Assembly: GCA_030390025.1 (NCBI GenBank)
Contig: CM059433.1
Coordinates: forward strand, 21,578,001 to 21,642,000
Length of the DNA: 64,000 bases
From: Squalus acanthias
Lineage: Eukaryota
Reading direction: 5' to 3'
Part shown: positions 25,735 to 39,883 of the stretch, in pieces
Numbering within the stretch: position 1 is the stretch's first letter
How the letters are laid out: every line of letters starts with the position of its first letter
Position numbers and translations under genes: made by a program
The notes under the pieces: model-generated
Told to the model about the DNA's origin: nothing
What the model saw: the letters and a program-made list of their open reading frames with translations, nothing else
Database searches by the model: none

Positions 25735-26250
25735 ACAACAGCAACAACTTGCATTTATATAGTGTCTTTAACGTAGTAAAATGTCCCAAGGTGCTTCATA
25801 GGAGCGTTATCAAACAAACTTTGACACCGAGCCACATAAGGAGATATTAGGACAGATGCTTGGTCAAAGAGGTAAGTTTTAAGGAGCGACTTAAAGGAGG
25901 AGAGAGAGGTAAAGAGGCGGCGGGGTTTAGGGGGGAAATTTAGGCAGTTGAAAGCACGGCTTCCAATGGTGGAATGATCAAAATTGGGGATGCGCAAGAG
26001 GCCAGAATTGGAGGAGCACAGAGATCTCAAAGGGTTGTGGGGCTGGAGGAGGTTATGGAGATAGGGAGGGGCAAGGCCATGGAGGAATTTGAAAACAAGG
26101 ATGAGAATTCTAAAATTGAGGCATTGTCAGACCAGGATCAGTGGGTCAGTGAGAACAGGGGTGATGGGTGAAGGGAACTTGGTGCGAGTTAGGATACGGG
26201 CAGCAGAGTTTTGGATGAGCTTAAGATTATGGAGAGTGGAAGATTGGACC
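25735..26250 (-). mobile_element. L2-clade LINE 3' end
   Basis: Minus ORF RSLCSSNSGLLRIP..STIGSRAFN..SSFKSLLKTYLF (L2 ORF2 C-terminus) and caacttgcatttatatag tail. Confidence 0.8.
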
Positions 26251-27679
26251 TTCTATGGGTTCTGAGAGTTCTTGGCCTCCAGGGCCTTAGCCCTGATCCA
26301 TATCTTCTTCACTCTGAGGAGAACAAAAGTGCCCAGCATGCATCCAGGAGTTGATGTCTCTCAGTGCTGAAGGTCAACCATTGAACCATGGTGCCCATGC
26401 CAGTCAATCAAGAACACTTTCCTGGAAACCTGATCAATGTACCCTAAGAAAACATTCTGAATATTTATACTGAGAGAAAATGAATGCATTTGAATGACTC
26501 AGTTCATTCAAATAAACCAAATGATTTAGGACTAAGTAGTTGTGTAATACAAAATGGATTATTTCATTGATACGACCATCTGCTCTTTCTGCTTCTGTCT
26601 GGAGTCAGAGCAGCTGTTGTGGCTTGGTAGTTGTTGCGTTTTATTTTACAAATGGTCTGAATATGTGTGGTGAACATAGTGAGTTTTAATCATGCTGTCC
26701 CCAGTCTTTTCCACAAGGCTCTGCCAGTGGCGCCCCAAGCTGAATCTAACTCAGCATACACTGAGGGGTCAGACTTGCAACTTTCCTGGTCTGTATTGCA
26801 GTACGCATATCCAGAAAGCTATTAAGGGACTCTGATATTTGCCTTTGAATTCTCATGGGAAACAGTAAAAACTGTTGCATGGAGACTAAGAAAAATGGCT
26901 GAGCATGTTCACTGAAATTGCTCACTACAACGTCTGGTTCACGGCCTAAACTAAGGCACCCCAGTGTAATTTCAGCTTGTTAAGAAAATTAATAACTGGC
27001 CAGAAAAGTGCTGCTCTGTACTGAGTTAGCTGACCTCAGCTGGAATGGTAGTAGTAGAGCTACAGTTGGCCTCAGAACCTCTTGGATGGGGGAGGGGAAA
27101 ATTAGGTTGGGTTTCCACTCCTGTATCTTTTCATATTTTGGCATGTGGGCAACACTGGTAAGGCTGAGTTAATAGTGAACTATAAAGAGTGGGATTGGGG
27201 TCACAGGCAGACCAGACCAGGTAATAGTGGCAGGGTCATTTCCTTGAAGGACATTAGTGAACCAGTTGGGTTTTTTTTTTAACCAGAATTTGGTAGCTTT
27301 CATGGGTTTTTTTTTGGTGCCATCTCACAAAATCAATTTTGCAAGTTGCCATGATGGGACTTGAACTGAACCCCTGGGGTAATAATTCAGTTCTGTAAGC
27401 ACTATACCAACATACCCTCTGAATATTAGGTTTCCAAAGGCCCCTGCTGTAAGTGCACAGAGCTGAATGTTGATTAAAGGTTGGACTCAGCGATGATGTC
27501 TCCTTGCAGTTGAATTGTCTGCAGTTTCATTATCTAGATTCACATATGAAGAATGATCATTTCGGTGAAGCACTAGAAGGCAACTGGCATCTGCGGAGCT
27601 GGATTCTAGCAAGGAGTGATCACTTTCAGCGGAGGAAGGGGGAAGAGGAGTAAATTGGTGAAAGGGGAACAAAACATAA

Positions 27680-27885
27680 ACTGGAAACAAAAGCAAAAAC
27701 TGCGGACGTTGGAAATCTGAAATAAAAACAGAATATACTGGAAACATCCAGTCGGTCAGGCAGCATCTGTGGAGAGAGAAACAGAGTTAACGTTTAAGGT
27801 TGATGACCTTTCATCAGAACTAGAAGAAGATAGAAATGTTACATTTAAACCTCTACCTTCTTCCAGTACTGATGAAAGGTCATAA
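27680..27885 (-). mobile_element. Penelope-like terminal repeat remnant with degenerate hammerhead motif
   Basis: Minus strand agtt-CTGATGA-aaggtcatcaacct-TAAA-cgtt-aact (27786-27821), then ctctccacagatgctgcctgacc..tttttatttcagatttcc; inverted partial copy ctgatgaaaggtcat at ~27869. Confidence 0.7.
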
Positions 27886-27889
27886 AGTA

Positions 27890-30560
27890 GTTCTCCACTT
27901 TCCTTAAACACTGACCCATGAGGCACATCACTGTTCACACCCCTCCAGTCTGGAAAACATCCATTAATCATTATTCTCTATCCACTGTCCTTCAGCTAAT
28001 TTCTTATCAATGCTGCCACATTACTTTGAATACCATGCAACTTCATTTTATCAACAAGCCTCCTATATGCCATTTTATTAAATATTTTTTGCAAATCCAA
28101 GGACACAACATCCATGTGATTTCCTTTATTAATACACTTTGTTAGTTCCTTGAAGACCGCCCTTAAATTTGTCAAATACAACTTGCCTTTCACAAGTTTA
28201 TGCTGACCACCCTTAATTAACCCATGTCTTTTTAGGTGGGAATTAATTTTATCCCATATTATATCAACCAGTAGGTTAGACACAGCTGGTGCTGACTGGT
28301 CTACTAATACATAGAATTACACAGAACGTACAGCACAGAAACAGGCCATTCGGGCCAACTGGTCTATGCCGGCTTTTATGCTCCACACAATTCTCCTCCC
28401 ACCCCTCTTCATCTAAGTCAACCTATCCTTGTATTCCTTTCTCTCTTATGTGTTTATCTAGCTTCACCTTAAGTGCATCTATGCTATTCGCCTCAACTAC
28501 TCCTTGTGGTAATGAGTTCTAGATTCCAACCACTCTCTGGGTAAAGAAGTTTCTCCTGAATTCCCTATTGGATTTCTTAGTGACTATCCTATATTTATGG
28601 ACTCTAGTTTTGGTCTCCCCCACAAGTGGAAACATCTTCTCTACATTTACCTGATCAAACCCTTTCATAAACTTAAAGACCTCTATCAGGTCACCACTCA
28701 GCTTTCCCTTTCTCGAAAAAAGTACCCCAGCCTGTTCAATCTTTCCTGATAGTTATAACCTCTCAGTTCTGGTATCATCCACATAAATCCTTTTTGCATC
28801 TTCTCCAGTGCCCCATATCCTTTTTATATCATGGAGACCAGGGCTGGAATTTTGCCTACCTGGGCGGGTCCAGTGCGGGCAGTGTCCGTGACGAGTCCCG
28901 ACCCCGCTGCTGGCTCCATCCCACTGTAGAAGATGAACTTACCTTAATGGGGCCTATTAAGCCTGCCCAGCACGTTACCCAGTCCAATGAGATGGAGCGG
29001 GTCTGCTGACGTCATTCATGACACATTTTAAGCCGGGATCCTTAAAGGGACCCTGGCCATATTAAATTTTAAGTTTAATCTAATATAGTGAGTGTTGAAT
29101 CTTTACTGTACAATAATATAATAAAAGTTATATATGAGTGACAAAGAAATAATTAAATAATATCCTTAAGTAATATGATGCCATCTATAAATACGATCAA
29201 GAACATAATTAAAAAAGTACATTAATTGGGAAGTTATTGGTGCTTTAGTCACAAATCTATAGAGTCTTGTATCAGTAACTGGTACAATTAAAAGATGTGT
29301 GTGTATAGGTAAGACATAAAATTAAGCAGATTTTAAATGTAATTGTAAAAGGGCGGATTTACAATCTTATGCAAGTTCATCAGAAGAGCTGCGGAATCCC
29401 TGACAAACAGTGTAAGCATTGCTTACAATGTATTTCTGAGATTTCTGCAGCTCTTCCGTTGAAGTTAACAATGGACAAGTGAGAACCTCCACAGAAATTC
29501 ACCCTAAAGTCTGAGACTGAAAAATTAAATTAATCATATTCAGGACTGAAAGCAAATTGAACCAGTGGAATGAGTGATGAGAATGAAGTTGTTATGGTTG
29601 ATGACTTGATTTAATGTGTAACTGGACAATCACAGTATACTGTGAGAAAAACCTGACCAGAAACAACACAAAAATGTAATTAAATGTGCAGATCAATTCA
29701 CTGCAATTACTGTTCAGTTGGAAGGCAACAGCCGAGAATGGCCAGTGAAAAATGTATTTCTCTCACCATCCAGGGTAGCACTTACATCCCTTCAGGAATT
29801 TCTGAATTAACATTTACCAGTGGCTTTTCAAGTAGAACAGAATCTCCATCAATCTGTTAGCTGATGTAATCAACATGTTTTTATTTTGGTTTGTTTTCAT
29901 GTTTTCAAGTAATCAGCTGGAACAATGGCCACGGAACTCACGCCTCAGGCTGACAGACGTGGTTCCCGAGCTGCGTGAATCCCGTGGCCATGCCGGAAAA
30001 TTTAAAAAGTAGGGGGTAAAAGGCTCTTAAGTGCCTGTAAAGTACCTCATAATGATTTCAATTGGGTCCCCCAGCGGTGCAGGTCGGGTCGGCTCCACGA
30101 TGACAGACGCATCTGTGGGAAAGGGGCGTGGGAGCGAGATGACAGCGGGTTCCTGACCCGCTGTGAAAAATAACAACTTTCCCACCCGACCCGCCACCAA
30201 TTGCACCCACTACCACCCCGGAAAATTCAGCCCCAGAACTGTGCACAGTAATCCAAGTGTGGTCTAACCAAGGTTCTATATAGGTTTAACATAACTTCTC
30301 TGCTTTTCAATTCTATATCTCTGGAAATGAACCCCGTGCTTTGTTTGCCTTTTTAATGGCCTTGTTAACCTGCATTGCTACTTTTAGTCATTTATGTATC
30401 TGTCCTGCTAGATTCCTTTGATCCTCTACCCCATTTAGACTCTTATTTTGCAAGGAGTATGCAGCCTCCTTATTCTTCCTACCAAAATGTACCACCTCAG
30501 ACTTATCTATATTGAAATTTATTTGCCAATTACATGCCCATTCTACAAGTTTGTTAATGT
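27890..30560 (-). mobile_element. CR1 fragments (old RT piece 27890-28300; younger 3' end 28308-28840 plus 30234-30560) split by a 1.4-kb Harbinger element
   Basis: ORF INSHLKRHGLIKGGQHKLVKGK..DVVSLDLQKIFNK; host atggagaccagaactgtgcacagta is rejoined when 28841-30233 is removed (compare 50520-50545). Confidence 0.8.
28841..30233 (+). mobile_element. Harbinger family C element with AT-rich interior
   Basis: gggctggaatttt / aaaattcagccc ends with CA(G) duplicated; left ~220 bp and right ~180 bp resemble the ends of 42577-44365. Nested short MITE at ~29351-29504. Confidence 0.75.
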
Positions 30561-31910
30561 TTTATGACTTAGAGTAGAATAGAAATGAGTAAGACATGGG
30601 GGTTGGTGATTTTCCTTGTGCTTGTGTGGAGTACAAGTGCAAGAATCAGGTATGGAGCATTGCACGCTGATCTTCTGCACCTCATTTCCACATAGGTACT
30701 GCACCCATGCAAAGCTCTATGCCCAAGCGCTAAAGAGGAGAATTAGCACCAGGATCTTTTGTAGCAGAAATATTTTTCTATCTGACTCTTAAGCACGAGG
30801 TTGTGTTTTAGCCTGTGCTGCTACGTGATCCATCAAGGTTCTTCTGCTTCTCCTTTCAAAAAGTGACTTGACTATTTCTTAGAAGGAGAAATTCAGCGAT
30901 CCATTGTTCATCGTGGGGAACCATGCTCAAAGGGAGAGCAGGTCGGAGAATCAGTTTTACAGTGTGACAGCCATGTCTCCAGCTCATGCTCCCTTCAAGT
31001 ATGGTACCCTGCTGAGAGCACTGAATAGGTGAATTTACCCTGCAATGTTAACTCGACCTTTCTCAAAATGTTGCAAAAGTAGAAATTTTAACTTGAAGTA
31101 GGTAAGCGCCTCTGAATCGGTATAAAACCTCATAGTTACTCAACAATACAATTCTTTCAGGTTGAAGTATTGAATAAAGCAATGCAGCGAAACTCAATAG
31201 TGAAAAATTGCCAATACCACAAAAACTATAACTGAATTGAATAGAATTATTACAGTGAACTGACTGCTTACACTGAAAATCTTAGCAGTAATCTTCAATT
31301 TCCATTAGAAACAACTGAATGGATCTTAATAGGCCAGAAGAAACCAATTTCTCCATGTCTAAAGCATTTAAACTACCTGCACATTCGCTGCGCCTCTGGA
31401 CTGAAAGTTATAAAAGCATTCATTCTAGTTCAGATCCAGGAAAAAGACTCGGTATTATACAACATTTTAATAAAGTTAAATTAAAATCAGACAAAAGTTA
31501 AAATACTGATTAGCGAATATCGAAATCATTCTTTGAATTATTTTAAGACCATAATAACTTAAAGGCGAACTGTTTAATAAGACAGAAATTTGCTGCTTTC
31601 TTTATTTTATCAAAGTGTCAGCCAGTAATACCCCTGATACAGTGAAATACTGTTGTGACAAACACAAGTCCATTGTAAAAGGAATTTGTTCCAGCATCAG
31701 ATTTCAATTCATTTGGAACATATTTTGAATTGACATTTTACAGTTCATACACCTTTCTAATGTTGCATAGTAATATACTCAATTCTTTACAGTTCTATAT
31801 ATAAAGAAACAAATCCTCTGTATTTTATATACTAAGCACACAGACTGTCACTTATTTTCTGCCAGGTGCTTGGGGGTTGAGCATGGTCGTTGTTGCTTCT
31901 TTCATCATGA

Positions 31911-32123
<213 letters not shown>

Positions 32124-32199
32124 TAATAAAGTCATTTAAAAACTGTAATTGTTAACTGCTTCAAATGTTTGATCTGTTACTCAGACGAACGCTTGAAGA

Positions 32200-32420
32200 A
32201 AATCTGCCGGCCTTACCCATTCTGGCCTATATACGACTCCAGTCCCACACACAGTGGTTGACTCTCACCTGCCCTCTGAAATGGCTTAGCAAGTCACGCA
32301 GTTGTTTCAATCTGCTACCCAGTGGCTCATTAAGAAGGCCCACCACCACCTTCTCAGGGCAACTAGGGATTGGCAATAAATGCTGCCCTTGACGGCAATG
32401 CCCACATCCTGAAAATGAAT
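32200..32420 (+). mobile_element. SINE-like fragment sharing its 3' tail with the LINE at 18880-19380
   Basis: aagaaggcccaccaccaccttctcagggcaactagggattggcaataaatgc..cccacatcctgaaaatgaat versus 19289-19370; upstream part unrelated to the LINE. Confidence 0.6.
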
Positions 32421-32553
32421 ATATGTTTTAACGTGAATGTATTAACTGGAATGCTGAAAATATCACATAAAGGAAATTAAATCTCTTTGCAAATTGAAAG
32501 TTGTTTTCAGCTATCTAAGCAAATTAGAGTTGATCTTTATCTGCCGGTACTGA

Positions 32554-32850
<297 letters not shown>

Positions 32851-33455
32851 TAAAAACTTTATTCAAAAATAAAAATGCAAAAACAAAGCATTGATTGGGA
32901 GGCAATCATCTGGAATCTATGTACTTTAATCAACTGAATGTTGCATGTTTCACTGTCCTACTCATTTTTAGCTATCTTTCAATATCACATGCTCATCATG
33001 GTTAAATGAAAGAAAAATGACCAGTCTAAATGAATGGACTTAATGAGAATATCAGATGGTGCACAAAACCCCTGAGTAATAATTTGCAAAATATCCATAC
33101 CTAAGGACTGCGAGTGAATTAGAAATCTTTACAGGCGGCAGCAGTGACATCGGCAGAGAAGATAGATTGCCAATTTTTGTGTATTTTAATTTTTAGCAAA
33201 GTGAGGTTTCCAGTGGAATGGAACACTTAAAGCTTTACTTTTTTGTTGGGTAATGTAAAAATGATCATTTCTGACATGAATGCAACATTAAAGGGAAGGA
33301 AAGATAAGGACAAACTATCCTGATCATTCATTCAAGTCCATGTCCACTCTTCTGCTTAGACATTTTTTTGGGGAGCTATCTATAACCACCTACTTCAACT
33401 AATAACTGGAAAAGCATTCGGTGTTATTGTTCAATGTATTATTTTGATGCTTTAA

Positions 33456-33743
<288 letters not shown>

Positions 33744-34474
33744 TAGACCGACAACAACATGATATCAGTCACGATAACAATCACTTGCTGAGCGATTCCA
33801 AGGATTCCTTAACTTCACATTAACAACTCCTAGAAACATTTGTTGAACGTCAAATTGTTGAAGTAGAAGTAAGAGTTGACTGCAGTTCAATATATTTTAC
33901 AAGTAAATGCACCAAAGTTAATTGAGGTTTAAGAAACACATTGAAATAAAGTGATGTTTAATCTGTTGACTTCTTGGATGACATATGGAGGATACACTTC
34001 AGGGACCAGTTGTATATGGTATGTTGGATACTCATCCAAAGATCTGAATTTTTTGCTATGTGATGAGGTATAAACAGTGATACTGTTCAGCTTAGAACAT
34101 TTACAACCAGTGAAATATAAATCAGGTGGACTCTCCGCCGATTAAAGGGTTGCAGCAAACAGCGATGTCGAAGAAGGTATGAGTTGTGCTCAAAGCAGCA
34201 AAAAAAAGATATCTTCTTGTTATGAATGTGACCACAGGATTGTTTGTGATTGATTAATTTAGGCCTTCTGTTTATTGGTGGCAGTGTGGTTGCTGGGGAA
34301 ATGAGTTTTTTTAGCATAGGATTTCCTCTGTTACATGGGTGAGGAGAAGACAGCTGTCTGTTCAGCATGTCTTCCTATAATCCACATCTAGAATGGAAAA
34401 ATGTCTGCAAAAATCTATTCTAATGTATGTTACGTCACAGGCTAAACGTTGCAGCTCACAATATAAATATCTGA

Positions 34475-35200
34475 GAACATAAAAGCATGGAACGAAAACA
34501 GACGATTGACTTTGATGCTGCCCATCAAGCCTGCTCCTTCTACAGACTTTGTATCAGCTACGCTATCATGGATACTGCCCGACCTATTTAACCTCCTGAA
34601 GGAAGTTTCTGCCTAAATACGCCCTGATCCATGAAAGTAATCAAGCAAAACACCAGAATATTCATCCGTCCCTCAGTTTCCTCTGTCTAACTTTGGGCTG
34701 ATCCCCTCAGCCCCATCAGTGCAGCAACCACCACATCCCACGAGGCAATTGATCATCTAAGTCCAGGTCTATCCTTAAAACCTTCAATTCCATTTCTGAC
34801 CTGAAATTGATCCCTCTTTTTGAAGGAGATAATCAATATACCACCAAGTGGTTTTACTGAGATGTGTTCACTTTAAACCTGCGTCCTCTCATTCTGCGCT
34901 CACAGTCTAAGACACATAGCCAATTTACATCATCTATATCTTCCAGCATTTTTAAAGATCTCGATCATGGTCACCACTCAATATTCTTTTTCCCAGTGGA
35001 AATAAGTTTAGTTCTATGAGATTAATCATAATGCAAAACCACTAAGTGCTTGAATCATCCTTGTTGCTCTATTCTGAACCCTCTATAATTCAACTCACCT
35101 AGGTCCTTTTCAGGGGTCCATGCCTAAAATTGCACACATTCCAAATGTAGCCCCACATTAGAATAATTTCTTTTGATATGTAATCAAATGCTCTTGTGAT
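34475..35200 (-). mobile_element. Highly degraded CR1 3' region
   Basis: gaacataaaagcat tail-like start, ccatcaagcctgctcc, catccttgttgctctattctgaaccctct motifs. Confidence 0.4.
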
Positions 35201-35745
35201 GTACCTGAACAGTTCAAATAAGTAAAGATCAATGTAACTGGTACCATGTAGGACTCTAGAGGCTGGATTTTCCGATTTGGGCATTTCAGTGGGTGCCCAA
35301 CACTTACAGCACACTTGTGCCTGTGAAGAGGCAGCTGTTCACATTTTTCCTAACCTGGGCTCTGCCACGGAGAAACTGAAACTCTGCCCCCGGCTGGGCC
35401 TTGCGCCTAAAAATCAGTCAGAGAATATGAGCGAGGCTGTAGGCATTTGCGCTTTGGATTTCTGTCCCTTATTAAACTGTTTCCCCAGGCATAAGGCAGA
35501 GGAAAATCTGTCCTACTTGTGTAAGTAAACCTAGAAAGATTGGATTAGATTTGTCCTTTTTATACATAATTTAATTTCTGTGTGGAATAAATTTCTTCAG
35601 TGTGGAATGGCCTTGGAAGTGAATCCTGGGAATCGTTTTACATTTAGCCACTTCAATTTGTACCACACATTATGGTTGTGAGTGAATATGTATTTAGTTG
35701 AGATTAATCTAAACTTGCATTTTCAGAACTGAGCACACATTGAAC

Positions 35746-36750
35746 CTGATAATCTTATATATGGCAGTAAAATCTCAATGTAGATTACACAGTTATGCTG
35801 AAGCCACTGATTCATGTTGGCTCTCTGGTCAGCAGCAGTCCACCAGTACTTTTCCCAAATGATCGTTCTTATATGTAACCCTAGGCATTGAACATAGGCA
35901 GACAATTTAACCAGTTTGGGGGAACTAGGTTGGAGGGCGAGAAGATGAGGGTGAGGTATCACAGCCAAGCCTGATCCTCTGCTCACCTGGCATTGACAGA
36001 CCTGTACTTTCCAGCAGGTTAGTGATCATGGAATCATTTCTGATTCTTTTCCCCCTCTCAGTATGGAGGCTGAATTCAGATCTGCCACCTCACTATTGCC
36101 TTACCTGAGATAGGTTAACTCGTCACAAATAAGGAATCATACTTGGAATCTCTGGGATCTTCCTATATGGCACAGTACCACACTATATGATGCATTTACT
36201 CACTAGGCCATTAAGAGAGTTCTACAATCTACTGTTTATTTTTAATTTCTGCCATGATGTAAATTTATTTTCCAAGGATACTGTCAAAGAATCGAGCACC
36301 ATGCTCCTAATTATTCAAAGCATTTTTTTCCAATCGTAACTATTTTGCAGGTTCATTTGTTGACAACATTTTTCTATCTAATGGCCAAAATGTAGCAACG
36401 GTCACCTATTGGAGGAACTGAATTTTGGTGATTGTCAGTGTCAGTAGCAGCAGAATTTAACATACGTGTTTTAATACTAGATGATGCTCGTATCCCCAAA
36501 ATGGCATTGGCCACATGTACAAAGTCTAGGCTTGGCTGTGATACCTCACCCTCATCTTGTCGCCCTCCAACCTAGTTCCCCCAAACTGGGTAAATTGTCT
36601 GCCTACGTTCAATGCCTAGGTTTACATACAAGAATGACCGTTTGGGAAAAATACAAGAGAACTGCTGCTGACCAGAGAGCCAACATGAATCAATGGTTTC
36701 AGCATAACCATGTAATCATTGAGATTTACTGCCATATATAAGATTATCAG
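35746..36750. repeat. Local inverted repeat, arms 35746-35972 and 36528-36750 (~225 bp, ~555 bp spacer)
   Basis: The arms are reverse complements with scattered mismatches; the ORF track shows near-identical peptides on opposite strands (35723-35986 minus, 36481-36741 plus). Confidence 0.92.
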
Positions 36751-38452
36751 AGCTCGTTATTGAATGTTTTTAGCCCATCTTTTCTTCCTCCCCCACAATA
36801 TTATCTCCCACTGCTGCTATGTGTACTATTTCTGCTGCATCAACAATGAGGGATGATCTGTGTAGAGATCAGCTGCAAAGTCAGTGCACCTCAATCGTCC
36901 AATAGTTTTAAGACATGTCTTTCCTTGAGATTTCATTATTGTTTTCCTGTTGCTCAATTGAGAGTGATTGGAACACCTGCTGTGCCCAAATTGAGTTTGA
37001 CAGTCGAGGCTGGGATTTGAGTTCTGGTTCTCTGACTGAAAGTTCGACACTTCATCAATATATGCTGCAACCACTTGAACTGGGATGGTGCAGCATGCTC
37101 GGGCCATAGTGTGGTGGCTTTGAGCGTCCTACTCTGCTGTGAGAAACCATCAAGCAGAAGTGTGGCTCTTTTCCACAGATATGGAGAGAAAATAGGGAGA
37201 GAAAATTGGAAAGGAAATGTGTCCCCATTCTGCACGCACACCACCTGCTAGCCGGCTCAAAGCAGCATTGGCAAAGGCTAGGGAGCTGGCTGCACACCCA
37301 CATTCTAGGCTGCAGCTAAGGAACCAGGAGAGTTGTGTGAAAATGTTATTGGATAATTTAGACTGGAATAGCCAACAAACTATGAAAAAATTAAAATCCA
37401 AATGGAGCCTTGAAGTAAGTTTGAGGGCAATTGTAGCGCAGTGCTTCCAGTATGATGGGGTCTGTGTGCTTTTGCAAATACAATTACATTGTGCACACTT
37501 TCCATGACTACAACACATATATAAGCATTTTCAAAAGCCCACTCAGTGCTCTACAGACGTAACAGCATTCCTAAAGTGCTTACAAAAAAACCTACAAAAG
37601 AGTTATGATTGAAAAAAAAATGCTTCGAATAATTGGGAGATACGCAGGAGTATGGTGCTCGAGTCTTTGACAGTATCCTTGGAAAATAAATTGACATCAT
37701 GGCAGAAATTAAAAATAAACAGTAGATTGTAGAACTCCCTCAATGGCCTAGTGAGTAAACGCACTTAACAGCACGCCTACCCATACATGCTGTAGCTGCA
37801 GTCCAGATAAATGCTATTCCATATGTCACAGGTTCAGACATTTTTGCAGTTTCCCCATAGTTCTATAACTCAGAGAAACTGCAAGAAAATTCAAACTGAC
37901 AGACTTTGCTGACAAACTGGGAATCTCTGAATTAAATACAGTGAAATGGCATTTTTGCTTTTGTCGACACTGAATTGGCCAGCATTGCATGAGCAGCGGT
38001 TAATGCTATACAATACCATATTTATGCTAAGGCACACTGACAATGAATCTCTCAAATTATGCTTAATAGTTATTTAAAAGTTCATACATTATTATTAGGA
38101 TTCTAGCACCGAATTCAGAAATTGTCTCGTTTGCTCCATCATTACCCACAGCTAATCTTGCAGCTAATAAGCTGTATAAATGATTCACTTTAGTGATTTT
38201 TAAATATTATGGTTAATGGTGCGTGCGATTGACAAACAATTCACAATTTTCAGTTAAAGCCTTAGGTTTTGGGTGAGATTTGCGTCACATAATTGGCGCC
38301 CGATGTGTGCACTGTGTGCGTACGACCCTACATGGGAACACTGTAGGATATATTTAGATTAGGCAGGAATTTTAAGCAGTATTACATAATTGAGTTGTCA
38401 TTTGTGCCTTAAATGTTTTTTTTTCCTGTAACCATTCTAAAAGATGTTTTAA

Positions 38453-38695
<243 letters not shown>

Positions 38696-39685
38696 TAATC
38701 AAATCAATAGTTTCACTCATATTACAGAATTTCAATACTGTATAAATGTTAAAAGTAACATTTTTAAAAGTGGTTCACACAGCTACTTGAACCAATTTGA
38801 ACCAGATATTGATTGAAGAAGTTGTTTCAGACAATTGGCTTTCACACTTATTTTAGATGATTGGATTTGATTTGGGTCTTATTTCCATCTGAAATGTGAT
38901 CAATCAAAGATCTGACAAAAATGTGGTAAACGAACTGTAGCCAGGAAGGTTCCGAGTTTAATTTCTGGTCTATTCTGAGTTAGCTGATCTTGGCCAAGGT
39001 GGGAGCTAGGACTATTAATTGGGCCCAATGTCCCTAGATTAGAGAGGGGAAATCTCAAGCCAGGGTTTGCACAGTGCCCCTCACACTCTTTTCCTTGGCC
39101 AGATAGCCTGCTGATACTTACTGTCCAGTCTTGCATAAAAAGAAAAAAAAACTTGCATTCTTATAGCATCTTTCACATCCTGAGGATGTCCTGGATTTTA
39201 TTTTTCTCCATTCCTTTTCTTTTTACTTATCCTTTCCTGAAGGGGGTGATTTATGTCAGGGTATGGATCCATGGGTGTAACAAACTCTCTAATACTTCAT
39301 CCAAAGGGCCAGTCTTGGCCACGTGTGAACAAAGTTTGTGTTGGCTTCTGTATTATGGAAGAATTGTTTTGGAACAAAGGATTATTTTGCCTTAACTGTA
39401 AGGTAACAGCGATTAATTGAATCAACTTACTGCATGTCAAACTGCCCAGGAATAAATGTCTGCGTTTCTATTGATGTGGCTTTTCTCTGCGCACTCAGTC
39501 CACCGCTTCTCATCTGTATTTAAATCATCAGTTATTGTTTGGAAAAGTATTATTTCTGTGATTATAGCTGCAGTGCTGGACCTCTGCATTCAGGTGAAAA
39601 CAATTTCAACACGATACAACTAACATCTTGCTAATGTTCTAATACTGAGAGGTGTTGGTCAAATTCTTGTTCCAGTCACTTGATG

Positions 39686-39883
39686 TGGAGATGCCGGTGT
39701 TGGACTGGGGTGGACAAATGTGAGAAGTCGCACAACACCAGGTTATAGTCCAACAGCTTTATTTGAAATCACAAGCTTTCGGAGCGCTGCTCCTTTCACC
39801 TGACGAAGGAGCAGCGCTCCGAAAGCTTGTGATTTCATATAAAGCTGTTGGACTATAACCTGGTGTTGTGCGACTTCTCACAT
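39686..39883. mobile_element. Penelope-like terminal-repeat insertion forming a 78-bp hairpin, within a 13-bp direct repeat
   Basis: Arms 39718-39795 and 39806-39883 pair at 77/78 positions; cagtcacttgatg occurs at 39673-39685 and 39884-39896. Confidence 0.85.
39796..39832 (+). ncRNA. Minimal type I hammerhead ribozyme motif
   Basis: tcac-CTGACGA-a-ggagc(agc)gctcc-GAAA-gc-TT-gtga: complete core, 5-bp stem II, 4-bp stem I (tcac/gtga), and palindromic aagctt in place of stem III. Confidence 0.7.

Noticed and set aside
35723..36741. Pair of similar 86-87 aa ORFs as paralogous genes
   Set aside because: By-product of the inverted duplication; non-homologous starts and no recognisable domain.
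39718..39883. miRNA precursor or terminator
   Set aside because: The stem is too long and perfect, has a TSD and Penelope-like sequence; better explained as a retroelement inversion.
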